DNA of 64,000 nt, taken from the NCBI GenBank assembly GCA_002309695.1, contig DBXV01000004.1:36458-100457 (forward strand), written 5' to 3'. The DNA comes from Myxococcales bacterium UBA1203 (GTDB lineage Bacteria > Myxococcota > Myxococcia > Myxococcales > UBA5297). The notes beneath the pieces were generated by a model, which did not search any database, had not been told where the DNA came from, and saw only the letters and a program-made list of their open reading frames with translations. This document shows, one piece after another, positions 25,325-35,056 of the stretch (positions are counted from its first letter, which is position 1; every line of letters begins with the position of its first letter). The translations under genes and the position numbers were made by a program.

Positions 25325-28228
25325 TTACTTCTTAATACACCGCACCGAAAGCGCCGACGTTTTTGCGGAAACAAACATGTCCATCTTGACGCTGCTCACC
25401 GAGGTAGTCACAGGAATTCTGTTCAAATACATTCCCCAGCCTTCACTGTCGGTGGAGGCATCCGAGGTCCAGAAGGCGGCGACCTCACCAAAACCGAGGT
25501 AAGTCTCCCTGTAATAACCCGCGGGCACCGCTGCAAAACCATAAGTATCAATGCCATTATTGAACAAGCCGCTTTTCCAGCTTTTATCCATTAATTCGGT
25601 CGGGAAGCTGGCGGTATTCAGCAGCGCCTCATATTCGGCTTTTGTCGGCAGCCGCCATCCGGACGGGCAGAAATTTCCGCCGGAAGCTGTATCCCAGTCA
25701 TAGAGCAGCCCATAGGCGGTCATATTATTCTGGTTTCCATTGGGATAAGTATAATCCAAATAAGCCTGTGAATGAGGAACATGATCCACTGTTTTCCTCT
25801 TTCTCTTATAATTCTCGGCCATCCACTCCCGGCCATTGATAATCACGGTTTTATATACATTATTTTCAATATCCTTCACAGAACCGTAGGCCGTGCAGTT
25901 TTCGCCATAGCCGCTGCTGCATTCATCGCAGTCGCTGCCGGTCCACAGTCCCGTGCAGGTGCCGCTCACGCAGTGCCCCGTCTTTTGATCGAGCGTTCCG
26001 TGCGCGCATTTCACACGAATGTCGCAGTTCACGCCAAGCCAGCCCTCGTCGCACGTGTAATCCTTAATGCAGCGGACCGATTTCCCTCTGCTCCGCTTGT
26101 CGTCCATCATACCGGCGCGGGCAGTACCGTCGGTTCCCTTGCTAATCGCCAGTTCCCAGGCGGCATCAAACGCGGTTTCATCCGATTCCGTGGACGTCCA
26201 GAAGGAGGTGGTGCTTCCCAAACCATCGTATGTTCCGTCTTCCCAAAAACCCGCGGGAAGGGCGCCAAAATGATACGTATTCTGACCGCCCCAGCTTTCA
26301 GCCATTAAATTCTTCGCTCCGGCCGCAGTTGGCCCGCCGACATGCGCCAACAGATATTCAAATTCTTCTTTTGTCGGCAAATGCCAGCCGCTGGGGCAAA
26401 CTCTCTTGGCATCATTCCACACATAGAGACAGCCATAGTTTTTAACAAAATCAGGGACCGCCTCGATATTGGCATGGCAGGTAATTGTGCCCAAATCGAT
26501 TTTGTCTGGATTGCTCCCCATGGCCATATTTTCGGCCGTCCAGACGTGATTTCCAATACCGACGATATTGTATTTATTGCCCTCGCCGTCGGTGATGGAA
26601 TCAAACTCCGCGCAGTTGTCGCCATAGCCGCCGTTGCACACATTGCAGTTGGCGCCGGTCCATTTGCCCGAGCATTCATCGCAGTCCCGGCCGGCGAATC
26701 TTTCCTCGCAGCTGCCGCTGATGCAGTGACCTGTCTCGGGATTGAGTTCACCGTGAACGCTGCATTTCTTTTCAATATCGCAGTTTGCGCCCAGCCAGCC
26801 GGAAGCGCACTGGTCGCAGTTCGGACCGTCCCAGCCGGCATCACACGAGGAACATTGCCCGTCGCCGTCCCTGCCCTCTTTACAAATGCCATGCTTGCAG
26901 GTGCATTCACCGCAATTCTCGCCAAAGTGACCGGCCGAGCAGTCCTGATAAGCGCTCTCCATAATGCAGCGGACAGAGAGACCGACCTTGGGTCCATTCT
27001 GATCCAGCGAGGCGGTGTTATAACCGAGCAGCAGGGCGTAGTTGCCGTTGGCTGAGCTCTCCGGCTTCGTTGAGGAAGACCAGAGGAAAGTCACATTGCT
27101 GAAATCATTGATCTCACTTGACCACCACCCCGTGGGCATCGCGCCAAAGCCAAAATCATCCCCGCCCTGATTCTGATAACTTTTCCAGGCGTCCGTTTTG
27201 GCAATCAGCGATAAAAAGACATTGCTGCTCGTTTTATGTTCACCCGCATAAGCCAAAAGGTCGTCAAATTCTTCCTTTGTCGGCAGCCGCCAGCCGGCGG
27301 GACACGCTTTGACGGCATCATTCAAATTATAGAGGCAGCCATATTTTTTAATATAATCTGGATCTTTCGCCGTATCGAAATTGCAGGTCACTTCTTCTTC
27401 ATCCTGCAGGGCCATGCTCTCGGCCATCCACTTCCGGCAGTTAATGGCGGTCGTTTTATACGATTTATTGTCGCGCGTGTCGGTCAGTGACCCGATTGTT
27501 TTATCGGCTATTGTGCATTCATCGCAATTCGCCCCGGTCATCAATGTATTCGCGCACTTATTACAGTCAGGACCGGCAAAATTCGGCTCGCAGCTGTCAG
27601 CCGCGCAGTGACCCGTCTCGGGATCGAGCGTGCCATGGACGCATTTCTTCTCAAAATTGCAGTTTTCCCCGGTCCAGCCGGCGCCGCATTGATTACAATT
27701 ATCGCCCGTCCAGCCGGTATTTTCCTGACACGAAGTGCATTTGCCGGTGCCATTCAGGCCAAGACTCGGCGTGCCGTGCTCGCAGGTCGGCGCCTTGTCG
27801 CAGTTTGCGCCCCAATAATTGCCGGTGCATTCATCACAATTATCGCCAGACCAGCCCGTATTGGCCTCGCACGAAGCGCACTGACCATTTCCATGAACGC
27901 CGACGGCCGGCGTGCCGTGTTTGCAGGTAATTGTATCCTGATCGCAGTTCGGCCCCCAGTAATTGCCGGTGCATTCGCCGCAGTTCGGACCAAAATGCCC
28001 GGCCGCCTCGCATTCGTTAATAACGCCGCCGTCCCCGGAGACCACGCCAGAATCAGTATCCTCATCCGCCGGCTTGTCCCCGGAACCCCCGCAGGCCGCG
28101 GCCGAAATAGATAAGGCGAGTGCTGAAATTAAAATAAGAATTGGATTGAAGCATTTGTGTCCAATAGAGGCGCCATCTGTTCCTCCCCCGTCGTACCTAT
28201 TTACTGCGCTTTTATTATTACACTGCAT
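25325..28228 (-). CDS. large (967 aa) lipoprotein: EGF/laminin-EGF-like Cys-rich modules alternating with three Fibrobacter-succinogenes-major-paralogous (FISUMP, TIGR02145-like) domains
   Basis: I place the start at ATG 28228..28226 (MQCNNKSAV...NPILILISALALSISAAACGG, lipobox) with GGAGG upstream. Repeated GxNCxxCxxGWxGxNC modules. Three copies of ...Y(K/N)TVxI...WMAEN...YG(C/L)LY(N/D)W..A...CP.GW(R/H)LPTK.E(F/Y)..LL...SVRCI(K/M), which is the FISUMP signature. GC visibly lower than flanks. Confidence 0.85.
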   Translation of the reverse strand: MQCNNKSAVNRYDGGGTDGASIGHKCFNPILILISALALSISAAACGGSGDKPADEDTDSGVVSGDGGVINECEAAGHFGPNCGECTGNYWGPNCDQDTITCKHGTPAVGVHGNGQCASCEANTGWSGDNCDECTGNYWGANCDKAPTCEHGTPSLGLNGTGKCTSCQENTGWTGDNCNQCGAGWTGENCNFEKKCVHGTLDPETGHCAADSCEPNFAGPDCNKCANTLMTGANCDECTIADKTIGSLTDTRDNKSYKTTAINCRKWMAESMALQDEEEVTCNFDTAKDPDYIKKYGCLYNLNDAVKACPAGWRLPTKEEFDDLLAYAGEHKTSSNVFLSLIAKTDAWKSYQNQGGDDFGFGAMPTGWWSSEINDFSNVTFLWSSSTKPESSANGNYALLLGYNTASLDQNGPKVGLSVRCIMESAYQDCSAGHFGENCGECTCKHGICKEGRDGDGQCSSCDAGWDGPNCDQCASGWLGANCDIEKKCSVHGELNPETGHCISGSCEERFAGRDCDECSGKWTGANCNVCNGGYGDNCAEFDSITDGEGNKYNIVGIGNHVWTAENMAMGSNPDKIDLGTITCHANIEAVPDFVKNYGCLYVWNDAKRVCPSGWHLPTKEEFEYLLAHVGGPTAAGAKNLMAESWGGQNTYHFGALPAGFWEDGTYDGLGSTTSFWTSTESDETAFDAAWELAISKGTDGTARAGMMDDKRSRGKSVRCIKDYTCDEGWLGVNCDIRVKCAHGTLDQKTGHCVSGTCTGLWTGSDCDECSSGYGENCTAYGSVKDIENNVYKTVIINGREWMAENYKRKRKTVDHVPHSQAYLDYTYPNGNQNNMTAYGLLYDWDTASGGNFCPSGWRLPTKAEYEALLNTASFPTELMDKSWKSGLFNNGIDTYGFAAVPAGYYRETYLGFGEVAAFWTSDASTDSEGWGMYLNRIPVTTSVSSVKMDMFVSAKTSALSVRCIKK

Positions 28229-28436
28229 TATACTGCCTCCATGAAAAAAGCCGGAGAAACTCCGGCCGGGTAAAATCCCCCTGTTGATATTGTCAGGCAA
28301 AAAAAGCGGCGGCGTCTATGGAGGCGAAAAAGGCAAGTCAACCGGGAAACATGCCCCCTTGCCTCCCTGTGCCTGTCTGCGCCATAGCGCCCCGCTTTTC
28401 GTGCCTTTCATCATCACTTTGCCCCGCGAGGCCCCC

Positions 28437-29228
28437 ATGAGCGACCAGAAGAAGGACACGCATCCGGCCCAAGACGCCAAAAAAGACGGCGTTGTCATTC
28501 CGGCGCAGCATTCGGCGCTGATTCATTCGCTGCCCGAGGATATGATGGCGCATTTGCGGAATTGTCCGCGCGACAGGCCGGTCATTTTGCTGATGCGGCA
28601 TTCCATCCGCGGGCCTCTGCCCAAATCGGGCGGCGACGAAGTGCCTCTGACGGACGAGGGGCGAAATCTGGCGCGGCAGTTCGGCGGACAAATCGCCCGG
28701 GCCGAGCCTCCGTGCCTTCTGGCGAGCGTCCATTCCAGCCCTGTTCTCCGCTGCCGTCAGACGGCGCAGGAAATTATGAATGGCGCGGACCGCGTTTTTC
28801 CTCCGGACCCCATGCCCTGCCTGTCGCTGCCGGGGATTTTTCTGCTGGACAGCGGCGCGGCCGTGAATGCCTGGCGGGAGCTGGGCGGCGACGAGGTTCT
28901 GCGCCGCATGTCTCTGGAAGTGCCGCTGCCTCTGCCGGGAATGACGCCTGTCGAGAGCGCGGTGGCGGCCGTTTTGATTCAGATGTTCAGCAAAACAGAC
29001 AATTTACCTGGCCTGCATGTCTTTGTGACCCACGACGCCATCGTCCTGCCCGTGGCCGCGCGCCTTCTTGGACAAGAGCTGAGCATGAAGGACTGGCCCG
29101 CCTTTCTGGATGGTATTTTTATCTGGAATGATGATCAGGGAAACATCCGCTCTTTATATCAAAAAAATGCGGGCTGTCGGCCAGCGGACAGAATTCTTCA
29201 TCCCGCATCCCCCAAATTGCAGCCTTGA
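28437..29228 (+). CDS. histidine phosphatase superfamily (phosphoglycerate-mutase-like) protein
   Basis: Start at ATG 28437 (MSDQKKD). VILLMRHSIRGP (RH phospho-acceptor motif) and the second conserved His in HVFVTHDAIVLPV. Confidence 0.65.
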   Translation: MSDQKKDTHPAQDAKKDGVVIPAQHSALIHSLPEDMMAHLRNCPRDRPVILLMRHSIRGPLPKSGGDEVPLTDEGRNLARQFGGQIARAEPPCLLASVHSSPVLRCRQTAQEIMNGADRVFPPDPMPCLSLPGIFLLDSGAAVNAWRELGGDEVLRRMSLEVPLPLPGMTPVESAVAAVLIQMFSKTDNLPGLHVFVTHDAIVLPVAARLLGQELSMKDWPAFLDGIFIWNDDQGNIRSLYQKNAGCRPADRILHPASPKLQP

Positions 29229-29264
29229 CGCGGCAAAACCCCAAAGACTAAACGCCGCGCCGCC

Positions 29265-30020
29265 ATGCCAGAGACCACTGAACCGAACCGTTCACCGCGC
29301 TATCCGCGCATTCTTCTCAAACTTTCCGGCGAAGCACTGATGGGCGAGACGACTTCGGCCATCGACCGCGGCACCATCGACAGCATCGCCGCGCAAATCG
29401 CCGAAATTTCCCGGCTGGGCGTGCAGACGGGCATCGTCATCGGCGGCGGAAATATCTTCCGGGGGGTGTCCGGCGCATCTCAGGGCATTGACCGGGCGGG
29501 CGGTGACGCGATGGGCATGCTGGCCACGGTCATCAATTCTCTGGCGCTTCAGGATGCGCTGCGCCGTCAGGGTGCCGAGGCGCGGGTCATGACCTCCATC
29601 GCCATGCAGGACGTGGCCGAGCCATTCGACCGGCAGCGGGCAGTCCGCCATCTCGAAAAAGGCCGGATTGTTATTTTTGGCGGCGGCACCGGCAGCCCTT
29701 ACTTCACCACCGATACCGCGGCCTGCCTTCGTGCGCTGCAAATCAAGGCCGACGTGGTGATGAAGGCGACAAAGGTGGACGGTGTCTATACAGATGACCC
29801 GATGAAGGTTCCGACGGCACAGCGTTTTGCCGCCATTGATGTCAGCGAAGTGCTGACGCGCGGGCTCAAAGTCATGGACGCCGCCGCTTTTTCACTCTGC
29901 CGGGACAATGGTCTGAAAATACTGGTTTTCAGCATGAATACTCCGGGCAACATTCGGCGCGCCGTCATGGGGGAGGACATTGGGACGCTGGTCGGCGCCA
30001 CGGAGACGAAGCTCGCCTGA
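29265..30020 (+). CDS. pyrH: UMP kinase
   Basis: [13 protein letters not shown]...[12 protein letters not shown]...[16 protein letters not shown] (amino-acid kinase family, PyrH signatures). 251 aa. Confidence 0.93.
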   Translation: MPETTEPNRSPRYPRILLKLSGEALMGETTSAIDRGTIDSIAAQIAEISRLGVQTGIVIGGGNIFRGVSGASQGIDRAGGDAMGMLATVINSLALQDALRRQGAEARVMTSIAMQDVAEPFDRQRAVRHLEKGRIVIFGGGTGSPYFTTDTAACLRALQIKADVVMKATKVDGVYTDDPMKVPTAQRFAAIDVSEVLTRGLKVMDAAAFSLCRDNGLKILVFSMNTPGNIRRAVMGEDIGTLVGATETKLA

Positions 30021-30101
30021 CAGATTCCCGGCTTTCATCAGCCTTCAGCCGCAATCATCTTACCCAACACGAAACAGCTGCTTTTCAGCAGGAGACAAAT
30101 C

Positions 30102-30665
30102 ATGGCCATTGTTGACGATGTTTTGAACGACCTGAAATCCCGCATCGATTCCACCCTCGATGTTCTCCGCAAAGAATACACGCGCATTCGGACCGGCCGT
30201 GCCAGCCTGTCGCTCCTCGACGGCGTTCGCGTGGATTACTACGGCACGCCGACCCCTCTGAACGGCGTGGCGAATATGACCGTGGCCGACCCCCGCCTCA
30301 TTATTGTCCGCCCCTGGGAAAAGAAAATGGTTCAGGTGGTTGATCGGGCACTGCGGGAGGCCAATCTGGGCATCAATCCCGTGTGCGAAGGCGATGTTAT
30401 TCGCCTGCCCATTCCGCCGCTGACCGAGGAGCGCCGCAAGGAAATCGTCAAGCAGGTGAAATCCAAGGCCGAAGAGCGGAAGGTGGCCGTGCGGAATGAG
30501 CGGCGCGACGCCAATGAAATGCTCAAGACCTATCAGAAGGACGGCGAGATTACTGAGGACGACCTGAAAAAAGGTCTGGAGAAAATTCAGAAAGAAACCG
30601 ACGCGGGCATCGCCAAAATTGATGAAATCGCCGCGAAGAAAGAAAAAGAAATCGCCGAGGTGTGA
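30102..30665 (+). CDS. frr: ribosome recycling factor
   Basis: 187 aa; AGGAG RBS. LLDGVRVDYYGTPTPLNGVANMTVADPRLIIVRPWEK...NLGINP typical of RRF. Classical pyrH-frr order. Confidence 0.93.
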   Translation: MAIVDDVLNDLKSRIDSTLDVLRKEYTRIRTGRASLSLLDGVRVDYYGTPTPLNGVANMTVADPRLIIVRPWEKKMVQVVDRALREANLGINPVCEGDVIRLPIPPLTEERRKEIVKQVKSKAEERKVAVRNERRDANEMLKTYQKDGEITEDDLKKGLEKIQKETDAGIAKIDEIAAKKEKEIAEV

Positions 30666-30696
30666 TTTCTTAATTTCTTCAAAATAAAACAAATAC

Positions 30697-30732
30697 AAAG
30701 CCCGGGACATAATATTTGTCTCGGGCTTTTTT
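30697..30732 (+). terminator. rho-independent terminator after frr
   Basis: agcccgggacataatatttgtctcgggctttttt. Confidence 0.7.
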
Positions 30733-30735
30733 ATT

Positions 30736-31010
30736 GCCCTCTCCGTCATCGTCTTCGGCGCTGACAGCTCGCCCGCTAAGATTTTATTCGATATTGTTAT
30801 TAAAACAATTCACATCATCCCTGTATCGCCCGGGATTCCATCCCGGGATGTTATATTTCGCCCCTTTGGGATGGCCCTCTCAGTCATCGCCTTCGGCGCT
30901 GACAGCTCCCCCAAAGGGGGAGCCAAGAAATTAAATAAATTCAGTGAATAATAATCTTGCCTCCCCCTCTGGGGGAGGTGGCGCCGCCAACGGCGGCGAC
31001 GGAGAGGGTT
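30736..31010. repeat. cluster of short interspersed/inverted repeats and nested hairpins (REP/MITE-like) in the frr-flotillin intergenic region
   Basis: Copy 1 (30737-30781) ccctctccgtcatcgtcttcggcgctgacagctcgccc. Copy 2 (30873-30912) ccctctcagtcatcgccttcggcgctgacagctccccc, flanked by the inverted repeats cccctttggg / cccaaagggg. A degenerate inverted copy sits near 30978-31005 (gccaacggcggcgacggagaggg). Extra palindromes: cccgggattccatcccggg, cctccccctctgggggagg. Confidence 0.55.
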
Positions 31011-31053
31011 TGATTGGCCGGAGAGGGAATTTATTCCGGGCGGCCGCTATAAT

Positions 31054-31110
31054 AAAAAAAGCCCCTCCGGAATCCGCATCCGGAAGGGCTTTTATTTTTA
31101 TCTTTATGAA
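31054..31110. terminator. bidirectional terminator-like hairpin with A-run/T-run (serves the flotillin gene on the minus strand)
   Basis: ataataaaaaaagcccctccggaatccgcatccggaagggcttttatttttatc. Confidence 0.55.
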
Positions 31111-31166
31111 GCGGCGCATTTTGCAGGCGCCGCCTCAATGTCCGCCTTATCGGGTGTCTGTCCGAC

Positions 31167-32834
31167 TTACTGCTTCACCGGAGCTGCGGGCCTGACGGGA
31201 ACCGCGGCACGGGCCGGAGCAGCGGCGCCAGCCTGAGGCTTGGCTGCGGCCTGAGCCAGCTTGGCGGGCGCGGCGGCGGCCTGACTGAACATGCTGGGCG
31301 CCTGCACGCCGGTCATCTTGAACAGGTCGCTGATGGGCGGCACCGCCTTGGTGATGGAATTGAGGAAGTTGGCGGTGGTCGAAGCGCCGTCGGCGCCGTT
31401 CATCGAATCCCACACGGTGATCTTGTCGATGTTGATGCCCTTGATGGCCTCCACCTGGATCTTCACCAGCTCCTCGATCTTGTTGGCCATCATCAGCTGA
31501 ATGGCCGCGTCGGCATCGCCGCCCGCAGAGCGAATGATCTGGGCATAGCCTTCGGCCTGCTTGGAGAGGATTTCCTGAAGACCGCGGGCCTGAGCCTGCA
31601 TCTTGGCGAACATGGCGTCGGCTTCACCCTGGGCTGTCCGGCGCGCCTGCTCCGCGTCGGCCTCAGCTTCGAGCTCCATGCGGCGCTTCTCGATTTCGGC
31701 CTTGACCAGAACGTCGGCCTCCATCGTGGCCTTCTCCTTGGCGGCACGGGCCTTTTCAGCGGCTTCCTCAGCGGCAAACGCTTCCTGCAGAGCGCCGGCC
31801 GCCTGAACCTTTTCGGTCGCGAGGGCGCGCCGCTTGGCCTCGGCCTCGCGCTCGCGGCGGCTGGCCTCGGACTGCATGATGCGGATTTTCGCCTCGTTCT
31901 CGCCTTCGACGGCCTCGGCATCGAGGTTGGCCATGCGAATACGGTTCTTCGACTCGGCGGTCTTCTCACCTTCGAGGGCGCGGGCGTCGAGCTCGGCCAG
32001 CTTGATGCGGTTCTTCGCCTCGGCCTCTTTCTGGCCCGCGTCGGTGTCGGCCTGCGCCTGAGCCATGGCAATCTTCTGGTCTGCCTCAAAGCGGGCGACG
32101 CTCTTCACGGCCAGCGTGGTCTGCTCAGAGACGCCAATCTTCTCTTCGCTGTTGGCCTTCGCCTTACCCATGTTGCCGTCCCTGTTCTTCTCGGCGACGT
32201 TCACTTTGGCGTCGTTGATGGCCTTGGCGGCGGCTTCCTGGCCCAGGGCGTCGATGTAGCCGGACTCGTCGGTAATGTCGGTCACGTTCACGTTGATGAG
32301 GCGGATGCCGATTTTGCGCAGCTCGGATTCCACGTTCTCGGTGATCTTCGACTGGAAGCCGTCGCGGTCGGTGTTGATTTCCTCAATGTTCATCGAGGCA
32401 ATCACCAAGCGGAGCTGTCCGAAGATGATGTCGCCGGCCAGGTTCTGAACCTCTTCCAGTTTGAGCCCCAGAAGGCGCTCGGCGGCGTTCTGCATGACGC
32501 CCGGCTCAGTGGAGATGCCGACGGTGAATCGTGCGGGGACGTCGATGCGGATGTTCTGCTTGGAGAGGGCGTTGCGGAGGTCAATGTTGATGGAGAAGGG
32601 GGTCAGGTCGAGGTACTGATAATCCTGAAAAATGGGCCAGACGAAGGCGGCACCGCCGTGCAGGCACTTGGAGGAACGGGAGGAACCGTCGCGGCCGCTG
32701 CCCACCTTTCCGTAAATGACCATGACCTTGTCGGAAGGGCACTTCCGATAGCGGCCCAAAATGGCCAGCACCGCGCCGAAAAAGACCATCACGGCGACGG
32801 CGCCAAGCATCAGAACTGAACTCATATCTTCCAT
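31167..32834 (-). CDS. flotillin family protein (SPFH/band-7 domain, FloT/YuaG-like)
   Basis: 555 aa; N-terminal TM helix (VLMLGAVAVMVFFGAVLAIL), SPFH core, long Ala/Glu/Lys-rich coiled-coil (EAEAKNRIKLAELDARALEGE...), Ala/Pro-rich tail. GAGGAG RBS. Confidence 0.85.
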   Translation of the reverse strand: MEDMSSVLMLGAVAVMVFFGAVLAILGRYRKCPSDKVMVIYGKVGSGRDGSSRSSKCLHGGAAFVWPIFQDYQYLDLTPFSINIDLRNALSKQNIRIDVPARFTVGISTEPGVMQNAAERLLGLKLEEVQNLAGDIIFGQLRLVIASMNIEEINTDRDGFQSKITENVESELRKIGIRLINVNVTDITDESGYIDALGQEAAAKAINDAKVNVAEKNRDGNMGKAKANSEEKIGVSEQTTLAVKSVARFEADQKIAMAQAQADTDAGQKEAEAKNRIKLAELDARALEGEKTAESKNRIRMANLDAEAVEGENEAKIRIMQSEASRREREAEAKRRALATEKVQAAGALQEAFAAEEAAEKARAAKEKATMEADVLVKAEIEKRRMELEAEADAEQARRTAQGEADAMFAKMQAQARGLQEILSKQAEGYAQIIRSAGGDADAAIQLMMANKIEELVKIQVEAIKGINIDKITVWDSMNGADGASTTANFLNSITKAVPPISDLFKMTGVQAPSMFSQAAAAPAKLAQAAAKPQAGAAAPARAAVPVRPAAPVKQ

Positions 32835-32978
32835 GTTTGCTCCTCAGTGGTTGGTGTGTTTGTTCCTGCTGCTGCCTGCTTCGTGAATGCGGCGAGTCGA
32901 AATGAACCGCCAAAACAAAAGTTCTCCCCTGATTTCCCTCTGGCTGAACCGCTCTCCCCCGCTCTCCTTTGGATGGCC

Positions 32979-33653
32979 TCACTGAATCATCATCTTCGGG
33001 GCGGTCAGCTGCTTTTCGGGCTGTTCGGGGGCAACGGCCAGAACGCCGCCGCTCTCGATGCCAACCACGCGGACAGAGGCGCCGGTGGGGATTTCCTTGT
33101 CGATGGAGACGGCATCAAATTCCCGAAGCTGCTCCTGGACGACGACGCTGACTTTGCCCATGCCCTTCCCTGCCTCGGGAATGCGCAGATAGACGTTGCC
33201 CATTTTCCCGAGCGCATTCTTCTTGGAGACGTTGCCCGACTCCTGAAGGTGCATGAGGCTCTGAATCATCTTGGCCAGAGCCACCATCGTCGCCGCGCCT
33301 GCGAGAACGGCCACAAGCAGAGCAATCAGGGCGGGCACGCTGTTGCTGAGGCAGGCAAAACCGGCCCAGCCGCCAATCGCGAAGAAGCTGACGATGCCCC
33401 GGATTGAAAAGACGTGCAGGCCGTCATCGCCGTGTCCGTCGCCTCCGTCGCCATCGTGGCCGCCCTGAACATCGTGGACGTCAGCCGAATCCAGAGCTTC
33501 CGGGCTGCCTGCCGCATCAGCGGCCGAGGATTCATCCCCGCCCAGGCCAATGACCAGCATCACCGTCTGGATGAGCAGAATCAGCGACGCAGGAAAGGCC
33601 ATGATGAAAAAGATTCGCTGCATCAGCGAGAGGGCCGCCCACCATTCGTTCAT
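32979..33653 (-). CDS. NfeD-family membrane protein (flotillin-associated, YuaF-like)
   Basis: Start ATG 33653 (MNEWWAALSLMQRIFFIMAFPASLILLIQTVMLVIGL) with GGAGGAG upstream. Two or three TM helices, an acidic Gly/Asp/His-rich loop, a C-terminal beta-rich OB-like region. Located immediately upstream of the flotillin gene, the conserved NfeD-flotillin arrangement. Confidence 0.7.
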   Translation of the reverse strand: MNEWWAALSLMQRIFFIMAFPASLILLIQTVMLVIGLGGDESSAADAAGSPEALDSADVHDVQGGHDGDGGDGHGDDGLHVFSIRGIVSFFAIGGWAGFACLSNSVPALIALLVAVLAGAATMVALAKMIQSLMHLQESGNVSKKNALGKMGNVYLRIPEAGKGMGKVSVVVQEQLREFDAVSIDKEIPTGASVRVVGIESGGVLAVAPEQPEKQLTAPKMMIQ

Positions 33654-33760
33654 CCCGAAGTCTCCTCCTGACGTCTCTGCGACGCGAAAGCGGGCGGGCA
33701 CATCGCATTTTCAGAGGCAAACGGAAAGCGGCCAATCCGCACGGCAGGGCCGAAAAATCG

Positions 33761-35056
33761 TCAGAACCGATAGTTGCCGCCGAAGACAAAACCGACGTTG
33801 CGGCCGGAGGCGCTGTACGTCTCCTCGACGCCGTCGGAAGGCGACACAACCACGTTGCCGTCCAGCCACGAGACGCGGACGGCGAACGTGAAGTCGTAGT
33901 TGCCCCGCGTGAAGGTGGCGCCGGCCGTGCCGCCGTATTCGTCCCAGCAGTTCATCAGATTGTCCGCGTTGAGCCTGGCGCTGGAGCGGTTGGTGAAGGC
34001 GCCGACCCGCAGCGTGATGCCGTCGCCCAGATAGAACTCGCTGGCGAGCGAGGCGTTGAGCGTGGCCAGCTTGACGACTTCGGTCCCGAAACTCTCGTAG
34101 CGGACATAGCCGTGCAGCGTCAGGTCCGCGGCCAGAGTCCAGACGGGAAACACCTTCCAGGCGACACCGAGGCCAATCATCGGCGGCGTTCTGGAAGCGC
34201 CCTTGCTGTTCTCGTCATCCCCCGCCATCCGCACGAAGTACTGCTCGTCGTCGTTGGGCGCATCGAAGCCCACCCACAGCGTCCGCTTGGAGGAAGAGCT
34301 GCTGGAAACGTTGACGCCCGTGCGGATGGTCAAACCGATGCTCAGCGGCCCGTCGTCTCCCAGAGGCGACCACAGCAGCCCGGCCAGCAGCATGAGCCCG
34401 TGCTGGACCATGTGATCGCTCGTATCCAGCTCGATGGAGTTGGCGCCGCTCTCGGCCTCCGGGTTCTCGTAATTGAAGTAGATGGAGCTGTGAGAGCTCT
34501 GCACCTGGTAGAGGTAGCCCGCGCCGATGCCCAGAGAGAGTCCGCGGCCAACCTTCGCGCCGTAGGAGATGCCCACCAGATAGCTGGTGTTGGACTCCTC
34601 GCTGGTAATGCGACCGTCGAGCACGCCCTGACCTGAAAAGGTCTGATCCAGCTGGGAATTGTCCTGCATGGGCTGCAGCGCCATGAACGCGATGTTGCCG
34701 TTGCCCAGCGCCGTAGTGGTGATGCCCGCCGGCGAGAACGCCTCCATGGACTTGAACTGCAGGTCCCTGTCGTAGCCGGTATCGACGGTCATGCGCCTGG
34801 CCAGGAGCGCCGTCGTGCTGACCGTCACCGTCGTGCTGGATTTCCGGCCCAGACCGGCGGGGTTGTACCAGGCGGTCGAAGCATCATCCGCGAGGCCAAT
34901 CATCGTTCCCGCCAGACCCGCGGCTCTGGGGCCCATGAAGGTGTCGTTGTAGTGAAACTCATCGGCAGCGGCGCCGGACGGCATCAGGGCACAGGCGGCC
35001 AGAATCAGAGCGAGCGGGGCGAGCCGGCAGGCTTCATGTGAAGCGATTTCTGCCAT
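33761..35056 (-). CDS. outer-membrane beta-barrel protein (FadL/OmpP1-like?), ends in aromatic C-terminal residue
   Basis: The track start is GTG 35059. I prefer ATG 35056, which overlaps the upstream stop (TGATG). Alternating amphipathic beta-strands throughout; terminal GGNYRF (C-terminal Phe is the OMP signature). Hydrophobic leader. Family assignment is tentative. Confidence 0.65.
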   Translation of the reverse strand: MAEIASHEACRLAPLALILAACALMPSGAAADEFHYNDTFMGPRAAGLAGTMIGLADDASTAWYNPAGLGRKSSTTVTVSTTALLARRMTVDTGYDRDLQFKSMEAFSPAGITTTALGNGNIAFMALQPMQDNSQLDQTFSGQGVLDGRITSEESNTSYLVGISYGAKVGRGLSLGIGAGYLYQVQSSHSSIYFNYENPEAESGANSIELDTSDHMVQHGLMLLAGLLWSPLGDDGPLSIGLTIRTGVNVSSSSSSKRTLWVGFDAPNDDEQYFVRMAGDDENSKGASRTPPMIGLGVAWKVFPVWTLAADLTLHGYVRYESFGTEVVKLATLNASLASEFYLGDGITLRVGAFTNRSSARLNADNLMNCWDEYGGTAGATFTRGNYDFTFAVRVSWLDGNVVVSPSDGVEETYSASGRNVGFVFGGNYRF

